A stretch of 64,000 bases of DNA from Acidimicrobiales bacterium (GTDB lineage Bacteria; Actinomycetota; Acidimicrobiia; Acidimicrobiales; Aldehydirespiratoraceae). Under the pieces are notes generated by a model, which saw nothing but the letters and a program-made list of their open reading frames with translations, did no database searches and was not told where the DNA came from. The stretch is taken from NCBI GenBank assembly GCA_041687805.1, contig JBDNJK010000031.1:22379-86378 (forward strand), given 5' to 3'. Both the position numbers and the translations under genes were made by a program. Positions within the stretch are counted from its first letter, which is position 1. The number at the start of each line of letters is the position of its first letter. Positions 32,532 through 41,191 of the stretch are shown here, piece by piece.

Positions 32532-33386
32532 TCAGCCCCCCAGAACCTCGGCCACACCGGCTGAGACATCTGCCGGGCCGGTGACCGTCGTCAGCCGCGC
32601 CCCTGTTGCTGCAGCGAACTCGCGTGCGTCGTCGGCATCGTCGGCCGGAGCGATGATGCACAATTCCTGAGCCCGACGCGCCGCCACAACCGCGTCGGCG
32701 CCAGCTGTTGAGCGACAGTCGGACAACAGCAGGATGATCTGACGTTTTGCACTCGATCTCGCCAACTGGCTGCGCGCCGATTCGAGCACTGCAGCAAGAT
32801 CGGTGGTGCCGTGACCCTGCAATCGCAAAATGTCGTCGACCACCGCACCCGCCGAACGATGACGATCCTGAGACTTCACCGCCACGACCTTTTCGCCGAA
32901 CGCCAGAACCGACCAGTCGGCGGGGGCCCGCCACGAACAGGCCGCGGCACACACCGCCGCAGTGGCGAGACGGTGCCCGCTCATCGAGCCGCTGCGGTCG
33001 ACCACCAACGCCACCGCCGTGGCTGGGCGGCGCCAGGCTCTCACACGGAGGGCATCGACCGACACAGGCTCCGATGACGCACCAGCGCGAACAATCTCAT
33101 CGAGGCTCCTGTCGAGGTCGAGATCGCCTTCGGCCCTACTTGCAGGAAGGCTCTCCAGACGGCCAAGCCCGCGGGCTGAGACTGGGCCCGACCGGGCGAC
33201 ATCGAGCACCAACCGCCCTGCAATTTTCGCCGCTAGCGCGGACAGACGTCGGTCGGTGGCACCGCTCATTGTCGCCAGCATCTCCAAAGCTGCATCGAGA
33301 TCTTCCTGAGTCAGCTCGGCCAACGCATCATCGTCAATCTCACCCAGCTCCGGACTCAGCTCCGCGAATCTCGGATCACGCGACAT
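32532..33386 (-). CDS. von Willebrand factor type A (vWA) domain protein, MoxR partner
   Basis: MIDAS motif VVDRSGSMSG plus GHGTTDL and LLLSDC. Start uncertain: ATG 33386, or ATG 33542 which would overlap the MoxR gene by 88 nt. Confidence 0.8.
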   Translation of the reverse strand: MSRDPRFAELSPELGEIDDDALAELTQEDLDAALEMLATMSGATDRRLSALAAKIAGRLVLDVARSGPVSARGLGRLESLPASRAEGDLDLDRSLDEIVRAGASSEPVSVDALRVRAWRRPATAVALVVDRSGSMSGHRLATAAVCAAACSWRAPADWSVLAFGEKVVAVKSQDRHRSAGAVVDDILRLQGHGTTDLAAVLESARSQLARSSAKRQIILLLSDCRSTAGADAVVAARRAQELCIIAPADDADDAREFAAATGARLTTVTGPADVSAGVAEVLGG

Positions 33387-33454
33387 CTCACGGCGAGATT
33401 TTGTTCCCCGACGTTCGCTCTCAAGCTGCTCTCTGGCCGCGTCGCCTTCGAGGG

Positions 33455-34384
33455 TCAGAGACGATCCGTCGAGGCCCCGGTCGGGGCTCGGCGTTTTGGG
33501 TCGTCGCCACCTTCGGTTTCGGCTTGGATCACGGCCGCCCAAAGTTCGCAGATCACGTCTTCGGGGGTGCTGTCCCCGCCCTCGTGGAGCCGTATGCGAC
33601 CCGAAAGTGCAACCAGCGCCGCGTCGAGCCCCACATTGGAATCGTCGAGGGGCATCTGGCGAATACCGGCGAGCCGCCTCGCCACCTCGACCTGATCGAT
33701 GGCGCCGCGCACCGACGAACCCACTCTGACATCGGGGTGATGACGTGTGGCGCGAGTGACGGCCACGGCCCTCGTTCGCAAAATTTCGTCGCCGGTACCA
33801 GCTCGCTGCTCGACGATGTCCTCTTCATCGGGCGCCGATTGGTAATCCATGGTTATGCGGCAGATCCGGTCGTAGATGGCACCGGCGACACGTGAGGTGC
33901 CGACGTTGTCGAACGGGTTCATCGCGGCCACAATCCGGAATCCGTCAGCGGCCGCTACCCGCCCGATACGCGGCACATTGAGCTCACCTTCTGACATCAC
34001 TGTGATCAGGAGGTTGACCGTCTCCTCGGGAACCCGGTTGAGCTCCTCGACATAGAGCAGCGAGCCCTCCCTGAGTGCCTCCAGCAGCGGCCCATCGACG
34101 AACACGTCGGGCACATAACCCTCGCTCATCACTCGCGACGGATCGAACTGTCCGGCAAGACGCGCCGGGGTGAGCTCGGCATTTCCCTCCACGAACACGA
34201 ACCCGCGGTGGGCGGCATCGGCCGCGGCACGCAACATTGTGGATTTGCCTGTGCCCGGAGGTCCCTCGAGCAAAACATGTCGACCTGCGGCCAGAGCTGC
34301 CACGAGAAGTTCGAGCTCGCGGCGGCGCCCGACGATGGCACGGTCGAGCGCGTCGAGAACGCTTCGATCATCGAGTCGGGTCAC
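33455..34384 (-). CDS. MoxR-like AAA+ ATPase
   Basis: Walker A LLEGPPGTGKST, Walker B LLYVEELNR, and FRIVAAMNP. 309 aa, typical MoxR size. Confidence 0.88.
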   Translation of the reverse strand: MTRLDDRSVLDALDRAIVGRRRELELLVAALAAGRHVLLEGPPGTGKSTMLRAAADAAHRGFVFVEGNAELTPARLAGQFDPSRVMSEGYVPDVFVDGPLLEALREGSLLYVEELNRVPEETVNLLITVMSEGELNVPRIGRVAAADGFRIVAAMNPFDNVGTSRVAGAIYDRICRITMDYQSAPDEEDIVEQRAGTGDEILRTRAVAVTRATRHHPDVRVGSSVRGAIDQVEVARRLAGIRQMPLDDSNVGLDAALVALSGRIRLHEGGDSTPEDVICELWAAVIQAETEGGDDPKRRAPTGASTDRL

Positions 34385-34426
34385 AGGACTTTCACCGGTT
34401 GGGAGGAGATGGTGGCGGAGTCGGAG

Positions 34427-35539
34427 TCAGTCAAACGTGATGACGCCACGGATGTTCTTGTTGGCCAGCATGTCGTCGTAGCCCTGGTTGACCTCGTCGA
34501 GGGCGTAGGTGTTGGTGATCATCTCATCGAGCTTCAGTTGGCCAGCCTGATACATCGACAAAAGGTGGGGGATCTCCTTGCGAGGAGAGGTGGACCCGAA
34601 TAGGCAGCCCTTGAGCTCCTGGTTCATCATGGCGAAGGCAAAGAGATTGAGCTGCACATCCATGCTGGCCTCATTGGCAACGGCGGTGGCCACCACGGTG
34701 CCGCCCTTGCGAGTAAGGAACTGCGCCGGGAGAATCATGTCGCCGGTGAGCTCCCCAGGGGTGAGAATCGTGCTGTCGGCCATCACACCCAAGGTGAGAC
34801 CGCCTACCAATTCTGTCGCCTCGGCCATTGACGTAGCCGTGTGGGTGGCGCCGAAATTCATTGCGCTCTCGCGTTTGAACTCAGATGGGTCCACCGCAAT
34901 CACGTGCTTTGCGCCGGCGGCGTGAGCGCCCTGAACCGCCGACATGCCGACCCCGCCGCATCCGACTACGACAACAGTGTCTCCAGCGGTGACATCGGCA
35001 CGGTTGACCGCCGAGCCGTATCCGGTGGTGACACCGCAGCTCACGAGAGCGGCAGGGCCGGCCGGAATGTCTTTCTCGATTTTGATGGCGCTGTCGACGC
35101 TGAGGATCATGTGTTCGGCGAAGGTGCCGAGCTTGAGCAGCGGGGTGATGTCTTCGCCGGAGGCAGAGTGGTGACGGAAACCGCCGGCCATCATTCCCGG
35201 CTCTAATAGATGAGCACCGAGATCGCAGAGGTTCTGCATGCCGCGGGCGCACCAAGTGCATTTTCCACACGATGGGATGAACGAGCACGCGACGTGGTCG
35301 CCGATCTCAAATTCGGTGACACCCTCGCCGAGACCGATCACCTCACCCGCGCCCTCATGGCCACCGACAACGGGGAGCGGGACAGTCATTGAACCGTTGT
35401 GAGCGTGCTCATCGGAGTGACACATCCCCGCGGCGAGAGTCTTGACCAAGATCTCCCTCGGTTGCGGATCGTCGAGTTCGATTTCCTCGACCTCCCACGG
35501 TGTGTTCACCTCACGCAGCACTGCGGCCCTGGTTTTCAT
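34427..35539 (-). CDS. Zn-dependent alcohol dehydrogenase, NDMA-dependent/mycofactocin-associated type (by context)
   Basis: Start at MKTRAAVLRE (ATG 35539, GGGGAAGG upstream). Contains GMCHSDEH, GHEGAGEV and GCGGVGMSAVQGA motifs. Confidence 0.85.
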   Translation of the reverse strand: MKTRAAVLREVNTPWEVEEIELDDPQPREILVKTLAAGMCHSDEHAHNGSMTVPLPVVGGHEGAGEVIGLGEGVTEFEIGDHVACSFIPSCGKCTWCARGMQNLCDLGAHLLEPGMMAGGFRHHSASGEDITPLLKLGTFAEHMILSVDSAIKIEKDIPAGPAALVSCGVTTGYGSAVNRADVTAGDTVVVVGCGGVGMSAVQGAHAAGAKHVIAVDPSEFKRESAMNFGATHTATSMAEATELVGGLTLGVMADSTILTPGELTGDMILPAQFLTRKGGTVVATAVANEASMDVQLNLFAFAMMNQELKGCLFGSTSPRKEIPHLLSMYQAGQLKLDEMITNTYALDEVNQGYDDMLANKNIRGVITFD

Positions 35540-35635
35540 CGATTTACCTTCCCCACTTGAGCGACCCGGCACGAATCGACCGGACGCCGCGAAAGTATCA
35601 GTGACGCCTCACATCGTCAGTATCGCCACCGCCGG

Positions 35636-36433
35636 TCAGTTGGTGGCGGTCATCCCACCGTCGACCGGAATCACCGCGCCGGTGATCGCCGAGGCGCTCT
35701 GTGAGCACAACCAAGCGATCGTTGCGGCCACCTCTCCCGGCTCGATCAGACGGCCGAGCGGCTGTTGATGGACCACGAAATCCTCGGGGTCGGCGAGGTG
35801 ATAGATCTCCGCTGAGGCATCGAGGATAGGAGTGCGGGTGGAGCCGGGCGAGACTGCATTGGCTGTGATCCCGGTGCCGGCAAGATCAGCGGCCAGCGAT
35901 CTGACCAAGCCGATCACGCCGTGCTTGGCCGCGGCATAAGCCGCCATGTGATGAAGCCCGAGCGACCCCGCGGCTGATGCCACCGCGACCACTCTGCCTC
36001 TCCCGTACGACGAAGTCTCCAAAATCACCGGCACTGCCGCCCGCACCGTGCGATAGACGCCGGTGAGGTCGACATCGAGGACCACATTCCACGTGGGATC
36101 GTCGGTCTGCCAGAGTGGATTGCCACCCGCGGCCACGCCAGCGGCAGCGATCACCGCGTCGAGATGTCCAAACCGATCCACCGCCACCGCGACCGCAGCA
36201 TCGAGTGCCGTCTGGTCGCGCACGTCGGCTATCGCGCCCACCACTGAGCCGCCACCTGCTTCGACCACTGCGTCCAGATCCTCTGCTGTCGCCAGCGGAT
36301 AGGCGAGCGCCGGGTCATCGGCGCATGCGTCGACGGCAACCACCCCCCATCCCGCGGCAACGAGATCCGACACAGTGGCCGCGCCGATGCCTCGGGCGGC
36401 GCCGGTTACGAGTGCGACTGGCTGATTCACCAC
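35636..36433 (-). CDS. Short-chain dehydrogenase/reductase, mycofactocin-coupled SDR-like
   Basis: TGAARGIGAA followed by the insert VDACADDPALAYPLATAEDLDAVV, and YAAAKHG catalytic motif. The insert matches what I recall of the mycofactocin-coupled SDR family. Confidence 0.8.
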   Translation of the reverse strand: MVNQPVALVTGAARGIGAATVSDLVAAGWGVVAVDACADDPALAYPLATAEDLDAVVEAGGGSVVGAIADVRDQTALDAAVAVAVDRFGHLDAVIAAAGVAAGGNPLWQTDDPTWNVVLDVDLTGVYRTVRAAVPVILETSSYGRGRVVAVASAAGSLGLHHMAAYAAAKHGVIGLVRSLAADLAGTGITANAVSPGSTRTPILDASAEIYHLADPEDFVVHQQPLGRLIEPGEVAATIAWLCSQSASAITGAVIPVDGGMTATN

Positions 36434-36497
36434 ACCAGCGTGGCATTTCCAGAACCCTCAGCGGGCCATGCCCGTGCCATCGATCTGGACTCAGGAC

Positions 36498-37079
36498 CTA
36501 CGGTTCGCTACTGCCGGCTACTTCTTCCGCTTTGGCACACTTGGCCGCATCCTGCAGCACCACCCGCACGAATTCACTGTCGAACGATTCTGATGTGTTG
36601 GTCGGTTCCCTCCAGATCTTCTTGTCGGGCCGAAACCAGTCTCCGCCGTAGACATGGATGGCGCCGGTCCATTCGCGCGATGGATTCGTCACTGAATGGA
36701 TCGCGTCGTCTCCCAAGAGAATCGTGTCGCCCCTTCTCAGCGACGCCGACTTCCGATGCTCCAACGTGCCGTCGTCGAGAGAACGAAACAAGTCGTTGTC
36801 TTCGCGCCCTCCGTAGATGCCGATTGCTGCCCACATCAGGTGGTCGTGAGCGGTAAGACTCACCGTCGGGGGCCAGACCATGTGGAGCACAGTCATTTCC
36901 TGGCTTCGGTACCACGTCGTCATTGACGGTTGATCACGCGGATGTCCAATCGCTGACTCGATGGCGTTGGGATCGCTGATGGTTCGATTGAGCACTTCCT
37001 CAACCGCCACTCCTGAATGCCCTGGCGAGTCGTTCACCGCCTCGAGACAATCGGAGATCAGATCGTCAATATTGAACAT
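36498..37079 (-). CDS. Cupin-fold (double-stranded beta-helix) protein, function unknown
   Basis: 193 aa. Candidate metal ligands AHDHLMW ... IHSVTN ... IHVYGG. 27 nt downstream of mftE. Confidence 0.5.
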   Translation of the reverse strand: MFNIDDLISDCLEAVNDSPGHSGVAVEEVLNRTISDPNAIESAIGHPRDQPSMTTWYRSQEMTVLHMVWPPTVSLTAHDHLMWAAIGIYGGREDNDLFRSLDDGTLEHRKSASLRRGDTILLGDDAIHSVTNPSREWTGAIHVYGGDWFRPDKKIWREPTNTSESFDSEFVRVVLQDAAKCAKAEEVAGSSEP

Positions 37080-37106
37080 GGTTCGTGGTCTCGTTTCCCC
37101 GTCGTG

Positions 37107-37808
37107 TCAGTGCAGTTTGAGAGATTGTACGGCATCGGTCAACAGGCGACCGAGAAGCGTGCGGCCCTCCTGCGCGGTGGCACCAGTCGGATCACCTAGA
37201 ACACCGTTGGCGGTAACGCCAGCCAAGCCGTGGTGCCTCAACTCCGGCAGAAGATTCTGTATCGGGTCGGTCACCCCGGGCTCCAGCAGGTCGAGGCGCA
37301 CCAAGTCGGGGGCGATAGCCAGCATGAGCGACGTCTCGGTTCGACCGGCATGAGCGTCAGATCCCGGGATCCGGACCGTCCACGCGACCAACTCGCGGCC
37401 CTCGGACGCGCAGATTCGACAGGCCTTGTCGATCGCCTCGACATTGCCGCCGTGAGCATTGACCACGGCCACCCGAACTACTTCCGGGCCAGCAGTCCGG
37501 ACAATTTCGACAAGAACCGACACCAATACGTCGGTTCCGATCGAGAGGGTGCCGGCGAATCCTTTGTGCTCGCCCGAGGCCCCGATCGAGATCGTGGGGC
37601 CCACTAGTGCATCGGGCATCGCCGCCGCAACACGTCCCGCGAGTTCCTCGGCGATGCGGGTGTCGGTGTCGAGGGGCAGGTGAGGCCCGTGCTGCTCGGT
37701 TGCGCCGAATGGCACCACCAGCGTGAATGGCGACTGCTGGTCGACTTCCGGGGAAGTGTGAGCGCCAAGCTGACGCTTCGTGGCCTGCGATCCCGGCGGC
37801 TTGATCAC
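37107..37808 (-). CDS. mftE: Creatininase-family amidohydrolase, probable mycofactocin precursor peptidase
   Basis: PFGATEQHGPHLPLDTD...NAHGGN...DAHAGRTETS, creatininase-family motifs. The GTG start overlaps the etfB stop (GTGA). Assigned by mft context. Confidence 0.72.
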   Translation of the reverse strand: MIKPPGSQATKRQLGAHTSPEVDQQSPFTLVVPFGATEQHGPHLPLDTDTRIAEELAGRVAAAMPDALVGPTISIGASGEHKGFAGTLSIGTDVLVSVLVEIVRTAGPEVVRVAVVNAHGGNVEAIDKACRICASEGRELVAWTVRIPGSDAHAGRTETSLMLAIAPDLVRLDLLEPGVTDPIQNLLPELRHHGLAGVTANGVLGDPTGATAQEGRTLLGRLLTDAVQSLKLH

Positions 37809-38641
37809 GAATCGGCGGCGGTTGGCTGGACACCCAACTCGGCCAGACGTTCGAGCAAAAGGTCGGCTGCCGCTTCCGGATCCAGGTGAATCGCGCGGCT
37901 GGCCTTCGGTTTCACCATGGCTCCCGACACCGCTATGAGACGCAATCGAAGGTCGTCGCCCTCGGGAGGCGGTATCTCACGTGATCTCGGTCGAAATGGA
38001 CCGGATTGCACGGCCCGATGCCCGGGATCCGCGGACGAAGTCGCGCCAACGACTTCGATCTCGAGCTTCGCGGCGGTCAGCATCGACTTGAGAGAGGCAC
38101 GGCGCAATTTTGCACCGGCTTCGACTGACACGACTGCCAGAGGCCGAAGCTGCAACACCTCGCGTCGCCCACCGTCGAGTCGACGGGTGGCGGTGACGAG
38201 TCCAACGTCGCTGATCGACACCATCGTGCAGCCAAGAGCCTGAGCGGCTCCGATCGTGTGCGCCAGAAAGGCCGGGAATGACCCGCTGCCACGGTCGAGG
38301 CTCCAGTCGCCACACACGACCAAATCGCAATCGGCCACCACCGGAGCCACCGAGTTGGCCACGTCGGCTGAATCGTCATCAGAATCCATGTCGACCCGCA
38401 CCGCCCGGGTGGCGCCCGCAGCCAATGCCCCACGCAACATTTCGTCGGCCTCGATCGGGCCCGCACAAACCACCAAGATTTCGCTGACCGCTACCGTCTC
38501 ACCCAATGACAAGGCGGTCTCGAGTGCTGACTGATCTGCTGGGCTGGCCGCGAACCAGCGTCGATCTTCGCTAACCACACCCGTGACCGGATCGACCTCG
38601 GGTCTGGTGTCGACCCACTTCATGCAAACAGCCAACTTCAC
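37805..38641 (-). CDS. etfB: Electron transfer flavoprotein beta subunit (FixA-like)
   Basis: MKLAVCMKWVDTRPEVDP... and ...VVCGDWSLDRGSGSFPAFLA..., ETF-beta pattern. GTG start 3 nt after the fixX stop. Confidence 0.82.
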   Translation of the reverse strand: MKLAVCMKWVDTRPEVDPVTGVVSEDRRWFAASPADQSALETALSLGETVAVSEILVVCAGPIEADEMLRGALAAGATRAVRVDMDSDDDSADVANSVAPVVADCDLVVCGDWSLDRGSGSFPAFLAHTIGAAQALGCTMVSISDVGLVTATRRLDGGRREVLQLRPLAVVSVEAGAKLRRASLKSMLTAAKLEIEVVGATSSADPGHRAVQSGPFRPRSREIPPPEGDDLRLRLIAVSGAMVKPKASRAIHLDPEAAADLLLERLAELGVQPTAADS

Positions 38642-38644
38642 GCG

Positions 38645-38947
38645 TCAGCTCCTCTTGAAGACCACACCGTGGCCCCCCTCTGGATACGACCATGAGATGG
38701 CGCCCTCGTTGTTGCACACCATGTAACAGGTGCCGCATTCGAAGCACTGCTCGTAGTTGAAGAGAATTCCGCCGTCGCTCGTGGGCACGAACAAGTTGGC
38801 TGGACAGGCGGTGATGCACGCCTTGGCCGGGCAGTGGCTGCACACCGCTGAGTCGACGATGATGTGGGCTCGCGTCGACACCCTGAAGTCGATTGTGGCC
38901 ATGCGAGCCTCGAACGAGACCGCACCTCTTGACATGTGCATGGCCAT
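38645..38947 (-). CDS. fixX: FixX-type ferredoxin-like protein
   Basis: ...CSHCPAKACITACPANLF...YEQCFECGTCYMVCNNEGAISWSYPEGGHGVVF.... The ATG at 38947 shares 1 nt with the fixC stop (TGATG). The track ORF is 9 codons longer. Confidence 0.8.
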   Translation of the reverse strand: MAMHMSRGAVSFEARMATIDFRVSTRAHIIVDSAVCSHCPAKACITACPANLFVPTSDGGILFNYEQCFECGTCYMVCNNEGAISWSYPEGGHGVVFKRS

Positions 38948-40254
38948 CAGCCGTACGTCCGCAGGCCGAGCCATGCATCCTTGATTACATGACGCAATTT
39001 CAGCGGCGAGTTCTTCAGCGTGCGGAAGAACAGCTTGACGATGCCGGGCTTCGGATTCGGATTGTCGACCCAGAAGACACCCTCGAGAAGGTCACACACC
39101 AACTGCGGATACCGGAATTGGACTCGATCCGACAAGACGAGACCGGGGGCCTTACGGAGTTTCTTGTGATCGGCCAGCACGAACGTGCCGTGCAATCTCG
39201 ACCTGTAGTCCGCCACCATTGCCTTCGATCCGGATCGCCCAGAATCCAGCGCAGCAACCGCAGCATCACCCGCCGCCTTTCCCCCACCGATAGCAAAATT
39301 GACTCCTTCGAGCCATAGCCCACCGCTCAGGCAAAACGCCGCGGCATCCCCCGACACAAGCAGCCCAGGTGAACCGAGCGTGGGCATGGTGTCGTAGCCG
39401 CCCTCGGGAATGAGATGGGCCGAATATTCCTCGAGCTGGCCTCCCTTCACAAGAGGCGCCACCATCGGGTGGGCCTTGAGATCTGCTATCAGATCTTCGG
39501 CACGGCGCTTCGACTCGGCCAGGTCGGTGAGGCGCAGGACCACGCCCACCGCCACAGAATCCAGGTTGGTGTAGATAAAACCGCCGCCCGCGATGTCGCC
39601 CGTGCAACCGATGATCTCGTAGTCGGCGCCGCCATCGCCCGTGAGACCAAAGCGTTCCTCGATCACCTCGCGAGGAAGCGACAGCACTTCCTTGGCACCC
39701 AACGTGAAGTGGTCGGAATCCTCAGCGTGAGGGTAGAGGCCCATCTCCTTGGCGATGAACGAATTGACCCCGTCACAGGCGATGACCACATCAGCAGTGA
39801 GGTCGCCATCGGGGCGATCGGTGTGGACGCCCGTGACTCGGCCTGATCCATCTTGAATCACGCCCGTGACCGTGGTGCTGCACACAACAGTGGCTCCGGC
39901 GGCCGCCGCGTGATCGGCGAGCCACGCGTCGAAGTCGGGGCGGAACGCGGTGGCACCGTTGTAGGGCGGCTCTCCCCATTTGGTAGAGCGGTAGTCGATC
40001 ATCACACTCTGGGTCGGGGTCATCACAACAGTGCCGCGGCGGGTAACCCATCGCTGCACCGGTGCCTCTTCCCACCACTTCGGGATGAGGCCGTCGAGCA
40101 CCCGTCCGTAGATCACGCCGCCGTACATGTTCTTCGATCCGGGGAAGGGCCCACGTTCGATCAGGCACACGGATTTCCCAGCGCGAGCTGCAACCAGAGC
40201 CGCTGTCGAACCGGCCGGGCCGGCACCTACAACGATGATGTCGAAGTCAGTCAT
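38947..40254 (-). CDS. fixC: FAD-dependent oxidoreductase FixC / ETF-quinone oxidoreductase-like
   Basis: Start at MTDFDIIVVGAGPAGSTAAL (ATG 40254), overlapping the etfA stop by 8 nt. GxGxxG FAD fold. ~435 aa. Confidence 0.82.
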   Translation of the reverse strand: MTDFDIIVVGAGPAGSTAALVAARAGKSVCLIERGPFPGSKNMYGGVIYGRVLDGLIPKWWEEAPVQRWVTRRGTVVMTPTQSVMIDYRSTKWGEPPYNGATAFRPDFDAWLADHAAAAGATVVCSTTVTGVIQDGSGRVTGVHTDRPDGDLTADVVIACDGVNSFIAKEMGLYPHAEDSDHFTLGAKEVLSLPREVIEERFGLTGDGGADYEIIGCTGDIAGGGFIYTNLDSVAVGVVLRLTDLAESKRRAEDLIADLKAHPMVAPLVKGGQLEEYSAHLIPEGGYDTMPTLGSPGLLVSGDAAAFCLSGGLWLEGVNFAIGGGKAAGDAAVAALDSGRSGSKAMVADYRSRLHGTFVLADHKKLRKAPGLVLSDRVQFRYPQLVCDLLEGVFWVDNPNPKPGIVKLFFRTLKNSPLKLRHVIKDAWLGLRTYG

Positions 40255-41191
40255 GTGACGTCTCCCCTGCGTGGTGGTGCGCCGAATAGACATTCTGGAC
40301 CACAGCTCGTAGCCGAACCTCGACCTCGATGTCGAGCCGGTCGGCCAACGCCACGAGCGCCGCTCGAGCATCGACAACCAGGTTGGTCTCGGCCATGGCC
40401 GCCATCGGGCAGTTCCCGTCGGTGTTGACGCTCACGACGTGTTGCGGCTCACCCAGACCGGATATGTGTTGGACCGCTCCGCTGATGGCAAGCGCCACGT
40501 AGATCTCCGGGTCGACCATCACCCCGGTTGTGCCGATCTGTCGTTCGAACGGCAGCCAGCCCCGGTCGGTGACAACGCGGGTCGCGCCGAGCGACATCCC
40601 CAGGGCAGCAGCGACCCGGACGGCGAGGTCGACGAAGCCTGCGTCTCGCAGCCCAGCGCCCGCGGCCATGATGTTCGTTGCCTCGACCAGGTCGAGGTCG
40701 GATGCGTCTGGGGTGGTGACGTCCATCACCACCGGATCTGCGGATCGGTCGGACCCGACCAGCGGAGCGTCGGTGCGGGTCGAAACAAGCGGCCCGATTG
40801 CGGCCGGGACTCCTCGCACACCCGGCTGCAGGGTCGCCACAAACGGGCCGTCGACTTCGTGACGTTCAATGACCAACCCCGCCCGGCGAGCCAAGAGCAC
40901 CTCGCCAGGGCTCACCGCTATCGCTCCAGCCAGCAGAGGACGGCTGAGCAGGGCCGCCAGCCGAGGCGCCAGATCACGACCATCGGGTGATGCCGGGAGC
41001 ACCACCACCTCGAACTCGATGAGGTCGCTGACAAGCGACGCCGCGAGAGCTGCCGGACGAAGTCCATCGACGTCGATGACGATCGCCCGGCCTGAGCATT
41101 CGGCAACCGCCTCGTCACCACCGACGGGAGGCTTACCGTCACGAGTGATGACCACCGCGACCATCCCGACAGGTTGGGCCGTGCCACTCAC
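40247..41191 (-). CDS. etfA: Electron transfer flavoprotein alpha subunit (FixB-like)
   Basis: C-terminal FAD domain ...LGATRVVTDRGWLPFERQIGTTGVMVDPEIYVALAISGAVQHISG.... The start overlaps the upstream OYE gene stop by 4 nt. Confidence 0.82.
   Translation of the reverse strand: MSGTAQPVGMVAVVITRDGKPPVGGDEAVAECSGRAIVIDVDGLRPAALAASLVSDLIEFEVVVLPASPDGRDLAPRLAALLSRPLLAGAIAVSPGEVLLARRAGLVIERHEVDGPFVATLQPGVRGVPAAIGPLVSTRTDAPLVGSDRSADPVVMDVTTPDASDLDLVEATNIMAAGAGLRDAGFVDLAVRVAAALGMSLGATRVVTDRGWLPFERQIGTTGVMVDPEIYVALAISGAVQHISGLGEPQHVVSVNTDGNCPMAAMAETNLVVDARAALVALADRLDIEVEVRLRAVVQNVYSAHHHAGETSHD

Noticed and set aside
32747-33895. 382-aa plus-strand ORF, plus 27694-28560 (288 aa, minus) and 45302-46360 (352 aa, plus)
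   Set aside because: These are antisense or alternate-frame overlaps of the vWA/MoxR, crotonase and BI-1 genes. They are Arg/Pro/Ser-rich low-complexity translations.
36434-36497. TGGCA...TGCCA inverted pair between the cupin and SDR genes, considered as a sigma-54 (-24/-12) promoter
   Set aside because: The spacing and the second element do not fit TGGCAC-N5-TTGCA on the coding (minus) strand. It is probably a chance inverted repeat.
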